The notes beneath the pieces are model-generated. The model ran no database searches and was not told the origin of the DNA. It saw only the letters and a program-made list of their open reading frames with translations. Of a stretch of DNA of 64,000 bases, positions 25,261 through 39,347 are shown piece after piece. The stretch is from Octopus sinensis (Eukaryota): positions 14,942,001 through 15,006,000 of the forward strand of contig NC_043009.1 of assembly GCF_006345805.1 (NCBI RefSeq), in the 5' to 3' direction. Position numbers and translations under genes: made by a program. Position 1 is the stretch's first letter. Each line of letters opens with the position of its first letter.

Positions 25261-28200
25261 TCTGTTTCTCTTTTTGTACATGTGTGTGAGTGTGCCTATG
25301 TGAGTGTTTCTTAGTGTCTGTAAGTAGTGTATGTATGGGCAATAAATGACAGACAAGGCACTTATACCATTGGTGCCACGGTGTTCCGGATTTTTCTCTT
25401 GTAATAAGTACCATTGAGGTGCCGACACTCCTTCCATTAGTATATCATCAATGACATTGTGGGTCTAGGTCAAGAAAGCCAAAATGTGTCTATGTATGCT
25501 CAAAAGTCCATAGCTTTAGTAAAAGCACGGTATATGTAACAAAAAGAGAAAACTGGTTGAAATTACATATCAGAAAATGAAAATATAAATCCGGAATTTT
25601 CATTTTTATTTGTTTATTTATAATTTGAACTCTTTTTCTACCCGCTAATCTAAAAGTGATGAATTTCATTTTATTGATACTATACAAGACACATTTTTTC
25701 TTCGATTATATATGTTATACTATAAAATGAAATTGGCGTTTATAAATATGATCTAAATCCATATTGCGTTCTCATATCTTCTTATATCCTTTTATGCTTT
25801 ATTTTTATCAATGTTCCCCTTCGCGTTTCAGTATAAATATGCCATTTCTTATTTCCAGTAACTGAAATGAGGTACTGAATATTTGGATTAAGCATTATTT
25901 ATCCTGTGGCTAATAATATTCGTTATGATTTGTTAAGGTGGTGTTCACTTTCCTCCCTTCATCCTTGCCCTTCTCTTATTCTTGTTCTTCCCACCTGTCT
26001 TCTTTCTCTACAACTCTCCCTTCTTCCTTTTATTTTGTCATTACAATGATGGGATATTTATACTATTGATTAGTATATTATTTCATTGTGCGACTGTTAC
26101 TACGCAGACCCCCATTAAACATAACTGTGATGTAATGCATACTAGCAATGGCAATTCTGTAATTCTTTCAAAGTAGCCCACTGCAAGATTCTGGAGCATA
26201 ACATATGCGGTATTTAGATGCTATTTCATATATTTTGTGTCGCTTAAATGTAGCCTCTTTTTCAGGCTCATTTTTGATTATTTCCTTGTAATTTCTAGTG
26301 ATGAAGAAAACATGTGTGAAAATTAATGAAATATTGCTACTTTGCATCTAATCCGGAGTATACTTTCATAAATATTAGGAAGATACAACGACATTATTTT
26401 CTTTTAATAATTTCTATATATCATATATGGCAAAATAAAACTTTTGTGTAATGCATAGAAACTGTGAAGATAGCATTTGTCAGCATGAACATAAAATGAA
26501 TGAAGATAGGTATAGTGAAAAGTTAAGAAAGAAAATATTTGTAAAAAAAAGGGATATAAAGATGCTATTTTGGTAATATACATGATTATTTTTTTATGGT
26601 TTTAATATGATATGGATTTTTGTGTGTGTAATCATATTATTTCGCACACATCTCTTCATGCATATACACAAATAGAGTTTATAAGTATATATAAATCTAT
26701 ATATCAACTCATAGGACGCTAGAAAAGTGTAAACGCTGCATACTTAAAAGTGGAGGTGTGTGCGAATGTCTGAGTGTTTTCGATATCTGTGAATAAAACT
26801 TTATTTTGATTTCTATCATGAAATTACTGCTGAGTTAGTCAATAATACTATACATTAAATATTGTATGATAATCTATATGCGTATTTAAAAAAACGTCTC
26901 TCATTCTGATTTGATTTTTTTTCATAAATCTTCAATTTCAGTTTTGCAAAAACGTTTCTTTTTACAGTCATGTTTATCACTATTTTTTACTTCCTATATA
27001 TCATTACTCTTTCCTGTGCAGAGTGTCAAAAGAAATTAGGCCTCTCAAGTAATATGTGTTCAATTACCACCTTTGAAAGATTCTCAATCATCAATATATT
27101 TATCTCATATAATTTCCTCTAACTTGTTTATTATGGCGAATAAGTTTGTAAATAATCAGACGTGCATATGAATATTTCCCCTTCCTTTTAACGTCCATTA
27201 AACTCTGGATACACAAGTTATAGGTCTACTTCTGATAGGTGGGGTTGCTGGATGGGTTTATTGGAGATTGATATGCTTTTCCATTCTATATTAACCATTA
27301 CGTAACTTGGTGTTTTCTATGAATAACAGGGAAGTCCTTGCAGTGCTTAGATACTTTTTAATACGGTCTACGAATTTAACTTCCATGATTCTGCTAAAAG
27401 TTTTCCTCATCGATCATGCTTTTGGGTGAATTTTAACGGCTTACGCAACACAAATTTATGTTGTGTTTGTATAACTAATGATTATTATTTCCACTAACCA
27501 TTATGAAGGATTGTATGCTGACGTAAAGTAAATCTTCTTTGTTTATAATCTTTATAATAATAATAATGTTCGTCCTTCGGTTCGAAGATAACCAATGAGA
27601 TTACAGAAGAGCAAGTTATAATGTGCATCTTTCAATAAAATGGATAATATCCATAAAAGGAAGTAACAATTGCTCAAGTCCCCGCAAATTGCGTAGCATT
27701 CTTTACGGTCTGTCTATCTGTTGTTTATCTATCTGTCCGTCTGTCTGTGTTTCCTTATGTGTATGCATGTATGTATGTGTGTATGTATATATGTATGTAT
27801 GTGTATATGCATATTTATATATAAGTGAAACAAAAATACATGTGACACGTTAATGAACAATATTGACAAGTACAGATATAGCAAATCCATAGTAGCTGCT
27901 GAATGGCTTATTGACCATTGTTTTGATGTTGATTTTAGAACATTTTATAAGTTAACTAACACTTTGTTCATGCGTCTCATCGGCTAGTACTCCACTTTCA
28001 CTCTTGTATATTTGTATTCTCCAAGGTTTTATTTAGTATAACACCTCACCGAAACGAATTTTAACAATCCTCTTTAGGGAATAATTCTCTACTGATTTTA
28101 TAATTCATATTTGTTTTTAAACATCAAAAATTATAATAATTGTTTTCCTTAAGCTCAATTTTAGAGCAACGGTAAACGTGCATTATTGTTTCTCGTTCTT

Positions 28201-30475
28201 ATTAAGCTTTCGAAATGGAAGTGAAAATAATTGCATTTAACTTAAATTTCGCATACGTGTGCATCATCCTCTTCAGATGATGATAAAATGCACACATGCA
28301 TGCATATGTGCTGAATGCTTTGAGTTGTTTAACGTCAATTGGATTGGGATAAAACTATAAATCCACAGTAACTAGTCGGATGTTTGTTTAATATCTGCAG
28401 TCACGAAAGGAAAAGAAATAACGAATATGTAACTCTGTAGCGAACAAATATTTGAAAATGTATAAAATAGCGATATGTTGGGTTTCTAGAAATCAATGTG
28501 CTTCTGCATATATCTGTAGATGTTTGTTCTTTCATGTTTACTGCTTCAGTGAATATCGTGTATTTTAGTTTTGAATGCATATTAACAGAATGCTTCATGT
28601 GAATTAAGACAATTAGGAAAATGAAGTTTAACCAACCATAATAATTGATTTGGTGAGATTCTAAATATAAATAATAGATAAATGAGAGAAAATCTAAAAA
28701 AATAAAGACAGAAACAAGTAATATAAAAAATACGTGATATAATGCATGAACAATTTCGTAATAGCAATATCTATCGTTCTGAAAATGGATTTCCGTCGGT
28801 TTCGACGATGCATACTTGGACTGTTTGATTAACTGAACATCCTACTATAATTATTCTGTAGCTCCCTGCGTGTTCTAATAATATTTTTTGTATAAGTGCC
28901 TCAGTGACCCACTGGCACATGAGTCTTTAAGACTCCTCAAGTAGAATCTTCTTGATAAAGTTTGTGACAAGGCTTATTCTTCGAATTACATGTACGTTCA
29001 GTCCCTGGTAATATTCCAGCTACCCCCGACCCAGTCTCTTTCATATGGTTCGTGTTAGTCAATGAGAAGCAAAATTCAACACAGAATGTGCCAATGCTCA
29101 GAGGCTTTCCTTCTATGAGCAGCCTGCTTCAGTAATCCAGTGAAATATATTATACTTCTTAAAGATGTTTTCTGCAGTTGGAGGAAGATGAAGCTGCTAC
29201 TTCTTGCAAATCATAAGATTAGGTTTATTCGTTCTGAACTTGACCTTCGTTGATGCAACTATTTTAGAAGAGATTTAATCAACAAAATCTATTACCAATA
29301 TTTCATCAAATGAAATATTTTAACACATTAATTGTTCTATCTTTTACACTGCTCAAGCATTAAACTGGCTATTATTTTAATTTAGTGCGTGCTAATCAAA
29401 TATAAAATACTATATTTCTGATATTTTACTGATTCTGCTATCTAACTGGCACAAAGTATTGAATGATGAATATGTTTAGTGATCCGTAAAATCCAAAAAC
29501 GAAATTAAATACGTGCCGGTGATATATATAAACGTATTCGAGTTACTTAGGAATTTGCATCATAATGTAGCTGTTTTTTAGCACCCAGGCAACTGCGATC
29601 GAGCGCTATGAACATATCATTCCAGTGCAGTGTATTCCATATGTAGGTGTATCTAGAAATAAAATACCCGACGTTATTTTAGATATCAAGTATCTAAAAA
29701 TCCTTCCATTATGTATACGTGTAAATTGAAAGAGATTAGACCGCTATCTCCAACAATTTCTGCTACCATGATAATTTATCCACATTCGAAGTTTGTGTCA
29801 TGTGATGCTTTTGTATCGCCGGTCGCATAAATTTCCCCTTAGTGTCAGGTTCTCGCTCGTCCACTGTCAGTTGATTGCCGCTCTTCGATCAAATCATGTT
29901 CCCAAAACAGTATGTGATTGAACATTTGATTCTCTAACAAACGCATTGAAGATTCTTTCTCATAAATATCCCTCTGGAAAATGCTCACCTGGTGGGAGTC
30001 TAATATATTTAGAAACCACCATTGCAACTGCTTATAGTGAGGTATACATTTTCTTTTGATGGTATCAATGTGCTGTGAATTACGCGTTATAGTCAGTGTC
30101 CAATGAGAAATGCCATTGGAGACAAAGCCAATACTTTGAATAATTAGTAAATTACATAACAGCAATTATAATAGTTATAATTATATTTGCCATTTACAAC
30201 GAAATCTCTGGAGGAGAACTGCTCGCTTTAGTGTTTGTCTTATTGTTACAATATGAAGAATTATATGTCAAGTCATACTTTTCTGATCTACGTGCAAAGA
30301 CCGACAGAACACTATTAATGTGACGGCGGATATTGTGTATCTTTCTCTATTTAGGGTAGTGATGTAGGATTAAAACATTTACATATAAAAGTTGCAAAAT
30401 TATGTAAGAATACAGAGGAGTACACAGTGGCATAAGAAAGGGTAGTAGTTTATTGATGCTCATCGAACGGTCTGT

Positions 30476-30515
30476 ATCTCTGACGTTTCTATGACACCTT
30501 GTCGGCTTCAGAGAT
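30476..30515 (-). ncRNA. Decayed hammerhead-like motif
   Basis: atct-CTGAAGC-c-GAC(aaggt)GTC-ata-GAAA-CG-TC-agagat. Core A9 is replaced by C, stem I is short, and stem II is out of register. Confidence 0.35.
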
Positions 30516-31179
30516 GTTATGGACAGGGACATATATGCCAATAGATGTACGCTGTATAATGTGTGTATATGTATTTAATTATCTATGTATGTATGTGTGT
30601 ATCTATACACACACACACACACAAACACACACTCACACAGACACACGCATATATATGTATGTATATATGTTTTAATTTAGAATGGAAACGATCACAAATT
30701 ATTCTATCTGATATGCTTGGAGAAATGTTGAGATAATTTGTTACATGAAACCAATGTTATCCTTAATACACAACTAAAGTAGAGATGCATGTATGTATGC
30801 ATATATATTTCTGAAAGTAACTACTTCCTTTCAAGTGTGTGAAAAAAAACGCGTAAGTGACATGCATTTGCTTGAGAAATATTTGGTATTGTTTCACTTC
30901 TCCAAAACAGCTAGGTTCTAAGAAACACTACTATATCAGCTATATTAATGCAATCCCACGAATTTATATTTGACATACTTCAACCGATACAGAGAGAAAC
31001 GTGCAGTACATATTATATTGTGGACGTAAATATTGATTAATAACCTGTTTCTACGAACTTATTTCGTTACACTCATTTTTCAACAATTATTTCATGTTCT
31101 ATTAAAGTTACATTGCATTTATACTCATTGATTCACGTTGATTTAAGCTCGACATTTGAGCTCGCAGGATGTTGAAATG

Positions 31180-31340
31180 TTGAATTTAGCACAGGGCCAG
31201 CAATTTTAGGAGAAGAGTAAACCAGTTACATCGACTTCAGTTTCCAACTGGTATTTATCTTATAGACTCCAGAAGGATGTAAATGACATTAGCGGAATTT
31301 GAATTCAGAACATAAAAGCGGACGAAATACCTAGCTGTTT
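31180..31340 (-). mobile_element. SINE copy (5'-truncated), inverted partner of 31805-32012
   Basis: Family match; shares private variants with the partner. Confidence 0.8.
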
Positions 31341-31804
31341 TGGAGAAGTGAAATAATACCAAATATTTCTCAAGCAAATGCATGTCACCTACGGGTTTTT
31401 TTGCAAAACAAAATATTGGTTCGTCTGTAGAGCTATTGTACCACCACAGCCGTAACACAGAATCCTTTACTTGGTTATTGAGTGCTTTCACCTATTGCAT
31501 GAGACTCGATTACTGCAATCTGTTTTCCTATTTACAAATCATATTTATAATGTCAACAAGATGTCACCGTAAAAATGATCATCAAATAAACGTAGTAAAC
31601 ACATATAGAAATTATCTAAATATTGCAACGATATTTATTATATACCTGCTTTTTATCAACTCTATTTATTGCCTGCTTTCAACATATATATCCAGTCAAT
31701 TAATTAAATTTATGGTTGAGCAACACTTCATGCAATGTTTTATAATTTTATTGCAACCGTTTTCCATTTACTGAATTTATTTATTATAATATATTACATC
31801 TATA

Positions 31805-32012
31805 AACACGGCGAGCTGGCAGAATCGTTTGCATTCCGAGAAAAATGCTTAGCGGTATTTCGTCCACTTTTATGTTCTAAATTCAAATTCCGCTAATGTC
31901 GTTTTCATCCTTCTGGAATATATAAGATAAATACCAGTTGGAAACTGAAGTCGATGTAACCGGCTTACTCTTCTTCTAAAATTGCTGGCCCTGTGCTAAA
32001 ATTTGAAACTAA
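31805..32012 (+). mobile_element. SINE copy, inverted partner of 31180-31340
   Basis: ggcgagctggcagaatcgtttgc...gctggccctgtgctaaaatttgaaac. Confidence 0.85.
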
Positions 32013-32635
32013 TATATTATTTTCTACTCTAGGCACAAGGCCCGAAATTCTTGAGGAGAGGACCAATCGATAAGCTTTTAGTAAAGGCATCCTTCAAAAA
32101 AGTTTGGTTTGCATTTCATAGAACTGCAAAGAGAAGTCTAAATCTTAAACTAGAGCGGAACAACAAAACATAGAATCTGATGTGACAGATATATTTTCTT
32201 CGGAACGCGGCAAGAGGGCAGAGACAGAAAATATTAAACGTTTAAATTTCTGGTATCCCTATGTCCTTCTGTGATACTAGCAACTTTTGATAAGCTTTCT
32301 TCACTATTACCTATGTAGCAGTTTATAGCTACTCTAGCTAACTCCACGCAGGATTCTACTAATATGACACTCTACCACCTTCCTTTCTTCGTAAGTATTA
32401 CTTGCTACATCTGTTTTTGGTTGAGTCCTCCTTTCATATTGAATTCCTTCCTAGTACTTCTGTCTAGCTTTGCTAATTCAGTTTTTGTACACTGTACAAA
32501 AGCTGCTGAGTATCTAAGTAACGATAATGCCAAAGTATTTACAACCTTCGCTAGATTCGAACCATTTAGCTTTCACTTCATTAGCTTCCTGACTCCTTCT
32601 TGTACTCCTTCTCAATGTTTGTTAATATCTCAATA

Positions 32636-32790
32636 GTTCTATATTTAAGAGACAAGGAATTATGTACATTATTCACATTTGACGGATATTTGCCCTTATT
32701 TTGTTTGATGTTAACACGTTTCGGTGTCTGGGAGAAATTTCAAATCTGGGTTCTAATTCCTAAGGTATTTTTCGATGTTGTTTTTTATTA
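32636..32790 (-). mobile_element. Second copy of the 6425-6680 element body, with the hammerhead core deleted
   Basis: Collinear with 6430-6610 but reads gttaacacgtttcgg|tgtctgg, lacking the CTGATGA/stem II segment. Confidence 0.8.
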
Positions 32791-32811
32791 CTATTATTAT
32801 TATTATTATTA

Positions 32812-33218
32812 CTTTTTTTTTTCTTCTTTGAAATTTGCTTCCATTTCTTGCCGAGTGTCTTCCCGACTCCTAGGGCAAAGAAACTCATAGTATACATTGG
32901 TAGGCCATTAAACCAAACTCAATAGTTCGTTCATTAAAATTATTTATTATTTATTTTTTAAGTTAAATTAAAATACATGAGCAGCAACAGTTCTCACATC
33001 GACAATGCTCTTCTCAATACATGTGATGTACCAATTAAGACAATCTTTTACACTTCTTGCAGGGATGGTAAGCCAGGGATCATTCTCATATAATTTTCGG
33101 TTCCCTTCTTGATCATTCCTAGTGCTCCTACGATCACTGGTATTGTAACCGCCTTGAGATACCACATTTTCTCAATTTCAATGAGTAGGTCTTTATATTT
33201 TCTGAGCTTGTCAAACAA
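32812..33218 (-). mobile_element. R4/Dong 3' fragment (RLE C-terminus plus 3' UTR), flanked by (TAA)n on both sides
   Basis: DKLRKYKDLLIEIEKMWYLKAVTIPVIVGALGMIKKGTENYMRMIPGLPSLQEV*KIVLIGTSHVLRRALSM*. Confidence 0.92.
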
Positions 33219-33432
<214 letters not shown>

Positions 33433-33553
33433 TCTATGTTTGACTTTTGCTTTATATTTGTACAAGTTGGCTCCAAGTCTCACCCAGAGACCTCAAGAGA
33501 CAACAGGGTTGGAAGTTCATGTTGTTGTTATGCCTAGTGTGCCATATATTTGG
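33433..33553 (-). mobile_element. R4/Dong 3' UTR fragment
   Basis: Reverse complement of the 16915-17032 segment. Confidence 0.75.
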
Positions 33554-33654
33554 GGGGTGGGGATGTTGTACTAATGAATGTCTAAAAAAAAAGTTTTTTT
33601 TTTTTTTAAACCGAAAATTATGGTTGTTTTAAACCTTGAGGTTACATAGAGAGT

Positions 33655-33793
33655 CAGGTCACTGCCTGGAATCGAACACGGAATCTTGGGGTTAGTAGCC
33701 CGCGCTCTTAACCCGTATGGCCATATGGCGTAGTGGTTAAGAGTGCAGGCTACTAATCCCAAGACACCGAGTTTGATTCCAGGCAGTGACCTG
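33655..33793. repeat. Two tRNA-like SINE heads back to back (divergent inverted repeat centred on tatggccata)
   Basis: caggtcactgcctggaatcgaac...gcgctcttaacc / ggcgtagtggttaagagtgc...gattccaggcagtgacctg; A-box-like and B-box-like motifs on the right arm. Confidence 0.85.
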
Positions 33794-33976
33794 CGAAAAC
33801 GACTTCACAGGTCCATGCAATGCGCTACGAAGTTCTTGGAAAGTATGGACTAACTTTTCCACGTACTGCGATGCAGTGCCAAAGATAATTCACGTTTGAT
33901 TTTCGCTCATGTCCCTCAAGACGCGCAGGTTTGCACTCAGTATTACGTTAAAAGCACCTAAGAAATAATAATAATA

Positions 33977-34011
<35 letters not shown>

Positions 34012-34014
34012 ATG

Positions 34015-34390
34015 ATGCAATGCTAAGCACTGTCTCTCATGCCTTGTGTTCTTAACTGATTGGAAGTGTTATCATGTAAATCCTTTATTATGCTATAAAA
34101 GATGGGCAAATATTCTGCTCAGTACTACAGATTTACTTGTCAGTTGTTTGACGATAACCGGTTGAGCATGTTCCTTGATGGTAGATGGTATCTGCATCTC
34201 TGATCACAAGCAGAAGTTGTTGGGGAGTGTCATAGCCATGTGATGTGAGACATTCTTTGGACTTTGAATAATTGACCTCTGGAAATATGTTTGTTTTGTT
34301 CAACATCCTTAAACAACATTTACTGAGGAACATTTTGAGTGGTATGGGACACTCGGCCTGAAGAAAATTCTAACATGACCTACAAGGTCG
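34015..34390. repeat. ~375 bp interspersed repeat of unknown class between trinucleotide tracts
   Basis: Its start (tgatgcaatgctaagcactgtctctcatgcc) resembles the short piece at ~17105-17137. Partly duplicated at 37951-38300. Confidence 0.45.
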
Positions 34391-35423
34391 CTCAATAAGG
34401 AAAATGATGAGAAGGAAACACGAATGAGAACAGCAGCTGCACTATAGTAGTAGTAGTAGTAGTAGTTGTTGTTGTTGCAGTAGTAGTAGTATTAGTTGTT
34501 GTAATAGTAGTAGTAGTAGTAGTAGTTGTGAAATCATCTAAAAAGTTGTAAGTTTATATAGAGGCATAAAATTAGTGTTTCATTATAAATTGTATATTCT
34601 GCATTATTTTTATTTAAAAACATTATTCTTCTAGATCAGGCTGTAATTGAAGGAACATGACTTTGCCATTCTTCCAACAACTCAGAAGACCATTTATAAA
34701 TCGAAGAACTTCATAATAATTACAGAGAGCATTCATGTCACCAACGTTATAATTTTCAACCATATATTTATAGTTCTCTTGACGTTCTCAGGCACTTTCA
34801 TCTTATATTCTTGAACACGTTCCCTTATCTGGTATAAATACTCGCTCTATACTCATTGATGCTCCCATGCTTGTTCTAGAGATTTGGATCTTGCTTCTCT
34901 TTGCGTCATTATCTTCGCTGTTTCATTGTTTCTCTTGCTAGCCTACATCGTCTGTCATCCATATTGTATAAACAAATATTAATTTTTAAACGAACAGACG
35001 ATAAATAATTGCACTTATGCGCATGAGTTAAGTAATTGGCGATATAAAAAATTTCGTTCAATCAAAATGAAAAATCTACACTTTTCACAATCCACTCACC
35101 ACCACCACCTCCCTCACCATCACCACCTCCATCACTATCACCACCACAACCATCATTATAGTTTTCAGTAACGAAACTCAAAGTTATCTTGCAACCAAGA
35201 TTATTCCATTTCACTTCAGTTCTGTTGTCTGCTTATATCTACTTTTCTTACTGTCAAAGTTCGAATAACGCTTTTAAAAAGAATAACATCCACGGCTATT
35301 TAGCTAAGTTATTTCTGTTTCATTGAAACATCATTCTTTCTATTAATGATACGTGTATTATTTTTCCATAATCCGTCGAAACATCGACGTCTTTGTCAAT
35401 ATGGATAGATAGATAAATATATA

Positions 35424-36011
35424 TTTCTTTATTACCCACAAGAGGCTAAACATAGAGGGGAGAAACAAGGACAGACAAACGGATTAAGTCGATTACATCG
35501 ACCCCAGTGCGAAACTGGTACTTTATTTATCGACTCCGAGTGGATGAAAGGCAAAGTCGACCTCGGCGGAATTTGAAGTCAGAATGTAACGACAGACGAA
35601 ATACCTATTCCTTTACTACCCACAAGAGGCTAAACACAGAGGAGACAGACAAACGGATTAAGTCGGTTATATCGACCCCAGTGCGCAACTGGTACTTATC
35701 TAATTGACCCCGAAAGGATGAAAGGCAAAGTCGACCTCGGCGGAATTTGAACTCAGAACGTAGCGGCAGACGAAATACCTATTTCTTTACTACCCACAAG
35801 GAGCTAAACACAGAGAGGACAACAAGGATAGACAAACGGATTAAGTCGATTATATCAACCCCAGTGCGTAAATGGTACTTATTTAATCGACCCCGAAAGG
35901 ATGAAAGGCAAAGTCGACCTCGGCGGAATTTGAACTCAGAACGTAGCGGCAGCCGAAATACGGCTACGCATTTCGCCGGCGTGCTAACGTTTCTGCCAGC
36001 TCGCCGCCTTA
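35424..36011 (-). mobile_element. Trimeric SINE: one 5' head followed by three tandem ~175-185 bp bodies
   Basis: tacccacaag...gtcgacctcggcggaatttgaa occurs three times; the head (ctgccagctcgccgcctta) occurs once. Confidence 0.88.
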
Positions 36012-38353
36012 AACATAGATAAATATAAAGATAGGCAGAAAGAAGATATAGAAAACAAAAACTAAGTAGTAAAATGTTTCTTTCTTGTTACAACAATATA
36101 TAATGTATAAAACTTTCTCTGCTAAACCCTTTATATTTCTCTTTCCCTCACTTTGCCCTCTACCTCCAACTTCAAGAAACTTTTTAACCATGTCCCTCCC
36201 CTCTACACATCGATATCATTTCTCTCTCCTTTTCTTCCCCTCCCACTTCCACTAACCATATGGCAGCTTCGTGCATGGATCAGCAATAACGCCACTACTC
36301 CCCTTCTCTCTCTCTCTTCTCTCTCCACTCTCTCTACTCTCACTCTCCTTTCTCTATCTATCTATCTATCTGCCTCTCTCCCTCTCCCTCACTCTCAGGC
36401 TCTGCCTTTCTTTAACCTCACTAACAGAACAACAGATGTTTGCCAAACGTTGTATTTCTAACTCTCTTTCTCCATTTTACTCTCTTCAGCTACCTTTTTA
36501 ATCACGTTTCATTATTTCAAATATTACGTTTCCCTTACCTAACGTCCATGGATACTTTTCTCCCTTTTCTAAGTCCATCTTTCTGTCTCTCCCTCTTTCA
36601 GTTTATCCTTCTCTCTCTCATTTTCTCTGTCTCTCTCTCACTTTCTGTCTGTCTGTCTCTCTCCCTCTCTCTCCGTGTCTCTCTTCAACTAATCTCGTGA
36701 TAGCGTTACGCATTTCTGCCTCAGTTCATTAAAATATAGCTAACAATAATGGTAACAACAACAACAGCAACGGCAACAATAACAACAATGACAAAGCAGC
36801 GATCATTAAAAGCGAAATGTGGTGAACAGTATGAAATACTGATGGCAGATACCAACCAAAAATATATGCTACGACGCAAAACGGCGAGACTGGTGTATTT
36901 CAACGATGGCATAGCAGAGAGACATTCTGCATAACTAAAATTCGACAGAATGAAGCAAAAATAAAAATAAAAACCAGAAAATTATATGATCCAAACCAAG
37001 GCGTCACGTTATTGAAAGGTCTATACAAATATAGAAATATATCCCAATTAGAGTTCTCAGAATTTCACTGAGAAAGAGTTAGGAAATGGAAACAATTGGT
37101 AAATACAGAATCCCTAACTCTTCCCGCAATCCTCTCCCTAAATCCTATGAGTGATTGATCCATTATGATCCAGTGAAATTCTGTCTGACTGGTAAATAAT
37201 GTAACTTACAACCCAGAAGTGATGAAATTAATAACCCTCATAACTATTGTGCAGCAACATGCCTTGAGATCATGTCTAAAATATATAAAAAAATGTTTGT
37301 ATTGATGCGTATGGTTTATGAATTCCGTAACACTGTAGTTTATGATTTCCCTTTGCAGATACTTTCTTCTTTGCTAGTTCAAGTATAGCAGATGTTGCGC
37401 TCGTAATGCTGATGCTGTCTTTGGTGTTGAGGGTGAGGATAATGTTGATAATATTTTATGGTGTACTTGCCGAAATTTGTGGACTATTAGTATTTTAATG
37501 TATCTCGTTTTCTAGAAAATCCTAGCAATCTCTTTGGAATAATGTGCTTTCTTATTTGTACATGTATATATATTTTACTTGTTTCTGTCCCTAGAATGCG
37601 GCCATGCTGGGGCACCCCTTGGGTATATATAAATTATAATGGAGAATGCTGCTTATGAACTGGAAAAGTTAACTAGAAAGTAATTATTAAGGGATCGACT
37701 GTCTGGAAAGTTTTTTTTTATAAATTCATGTTCCAGCAAATTTCCTATAATTTCGATTTTTGAAGTTTATTGGATCTTTGAACTCCAGTTTTTTACAACT
37801 TTAAATATTCGTTGCATTCACAGCGGTGTATACGGAATGTAAAAACATTATTTATTGGATGAAAATTATTTAGTACATTGGTATAAATTTTGTAAAAAAA
37901 ATATTAAGACGTGATTTTCTTGCTATGGCTGTTTGGAACACTATAAAGTTCCTTGTGTTCTTAACTGATTGGAAGTGTTATCATGTAAATCCTTTATTAT
38001 GCTATAAAAGATGGGCAAATATTCTGCTCAGTACTACAGATTTACTTGTCAGTTGTTTGACGATAACCGGTTGAGCATGTTCCTTGATGGTAGATGGTAT
38101 CTGCATCTCTGATCACAAGCAGAAGTTGTTGGGGAGTGTCATAGCCATGTGATGTGAGACATTCTTTGGACTTTGAATAATTGACCTCTGGAAATATGTT
38201 TGTTTTGTTCAACATCCTTAAACAACATTTACTGAGGAACATTTTGAGTGGTATGGGACACTCGGCCTGAAGAAAATTCTAACATGACCTACAAGGTCGC
38301 TCAATAAGGAAAATGATGAGAAGGAAACACGAATGAGAACAGCAGCTGCACTA

Positions 38354-38390
<37 letters not shown>

Positions 38391-39347
38391 TGTTGTTGTT
38401 GCAGTAGTAGTAGTATTAGTTGTTGTAATAGTAGTAGTAGTAGTAGTAGTTGTGAAATCATCTAAAAAGTTGTAAGTTTATATAGAGGCATAAAATTAGT
38501 GTTTCATTATAAATTGTATATTCTGCATTATTTTTATTTAAAAACATTATTTCTTCTAGATCAGGCTGTAATTGAAGGAACATGACTTTGCCATTCTTCC
38601 AACAACTCAGAAGACCATTTATAAATCGAAGAACTTCATAATAATTACAGAGAGCATTCATGTCACCAACGTTATAATTTTCAACCATATATTTATAGTT
38701 CTCTTGACGTTCTCAGGCACTTTCATCTTATATTCTTGAACACGTTCCCTTATCTGGTATAAATACTCGCTCTATACTCATTGATGCTCCCATGCTTGTT
38801 CTAGAGATTTGGATCTTGCTTCTCTTTGCGTCATTATCTTCGCTGTTTCATTGTTTCTCTTGCTAGCCTACATCGTCTGTCATCCATATTGTATAAACAA
38901 ATATTAATTTTTAAACGAACAGACGATAAATAATTGCACTTATGCGCATGAGTTAAGTAATTGGCGATATAAAAAATTTCGTTCAATCAAAATGAAAAAT
39001 CTACACTTTTCACAATCCACTCACCACCACCACCTCCCTCACCATCACCACCTCCATCACTATCACCACCACAACCATCATTATAGTTTTCAGTAACGAA
39101 ACTCAAAGTTATCTTGCAACCAAGATTATTCCATTTCACTTCAGTTCTGTTGTCTGCTTATATCTACTTTTCTTACTGTCAAAGTTCGAATAACACTTTT
39201 AAAAAGAATAACATCCACGGCTATTTAGCTAAGTTATTTCTGTTTCATTGAAACATCATTCTTTCTATTAATGATACGTGTATTATTTTTCCATAATCCG
39301 TCGAAACATCGACGTCTTTGTCAATATGGATAGATAGATAAATATAT

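Noticed and set aside
29830-30170. Possible LTR-retrotransposon RT relic (ORF 29845..30165 region)
   Set aside because: Only vague resemblance; no diagnostic motif found.
33727-33793. Functional tRNA gene
   Set aside because: Acceptor stem and cloverleaf are incomplete, the ACT anticodon is atypical, and it matches a dispersed SINE head.
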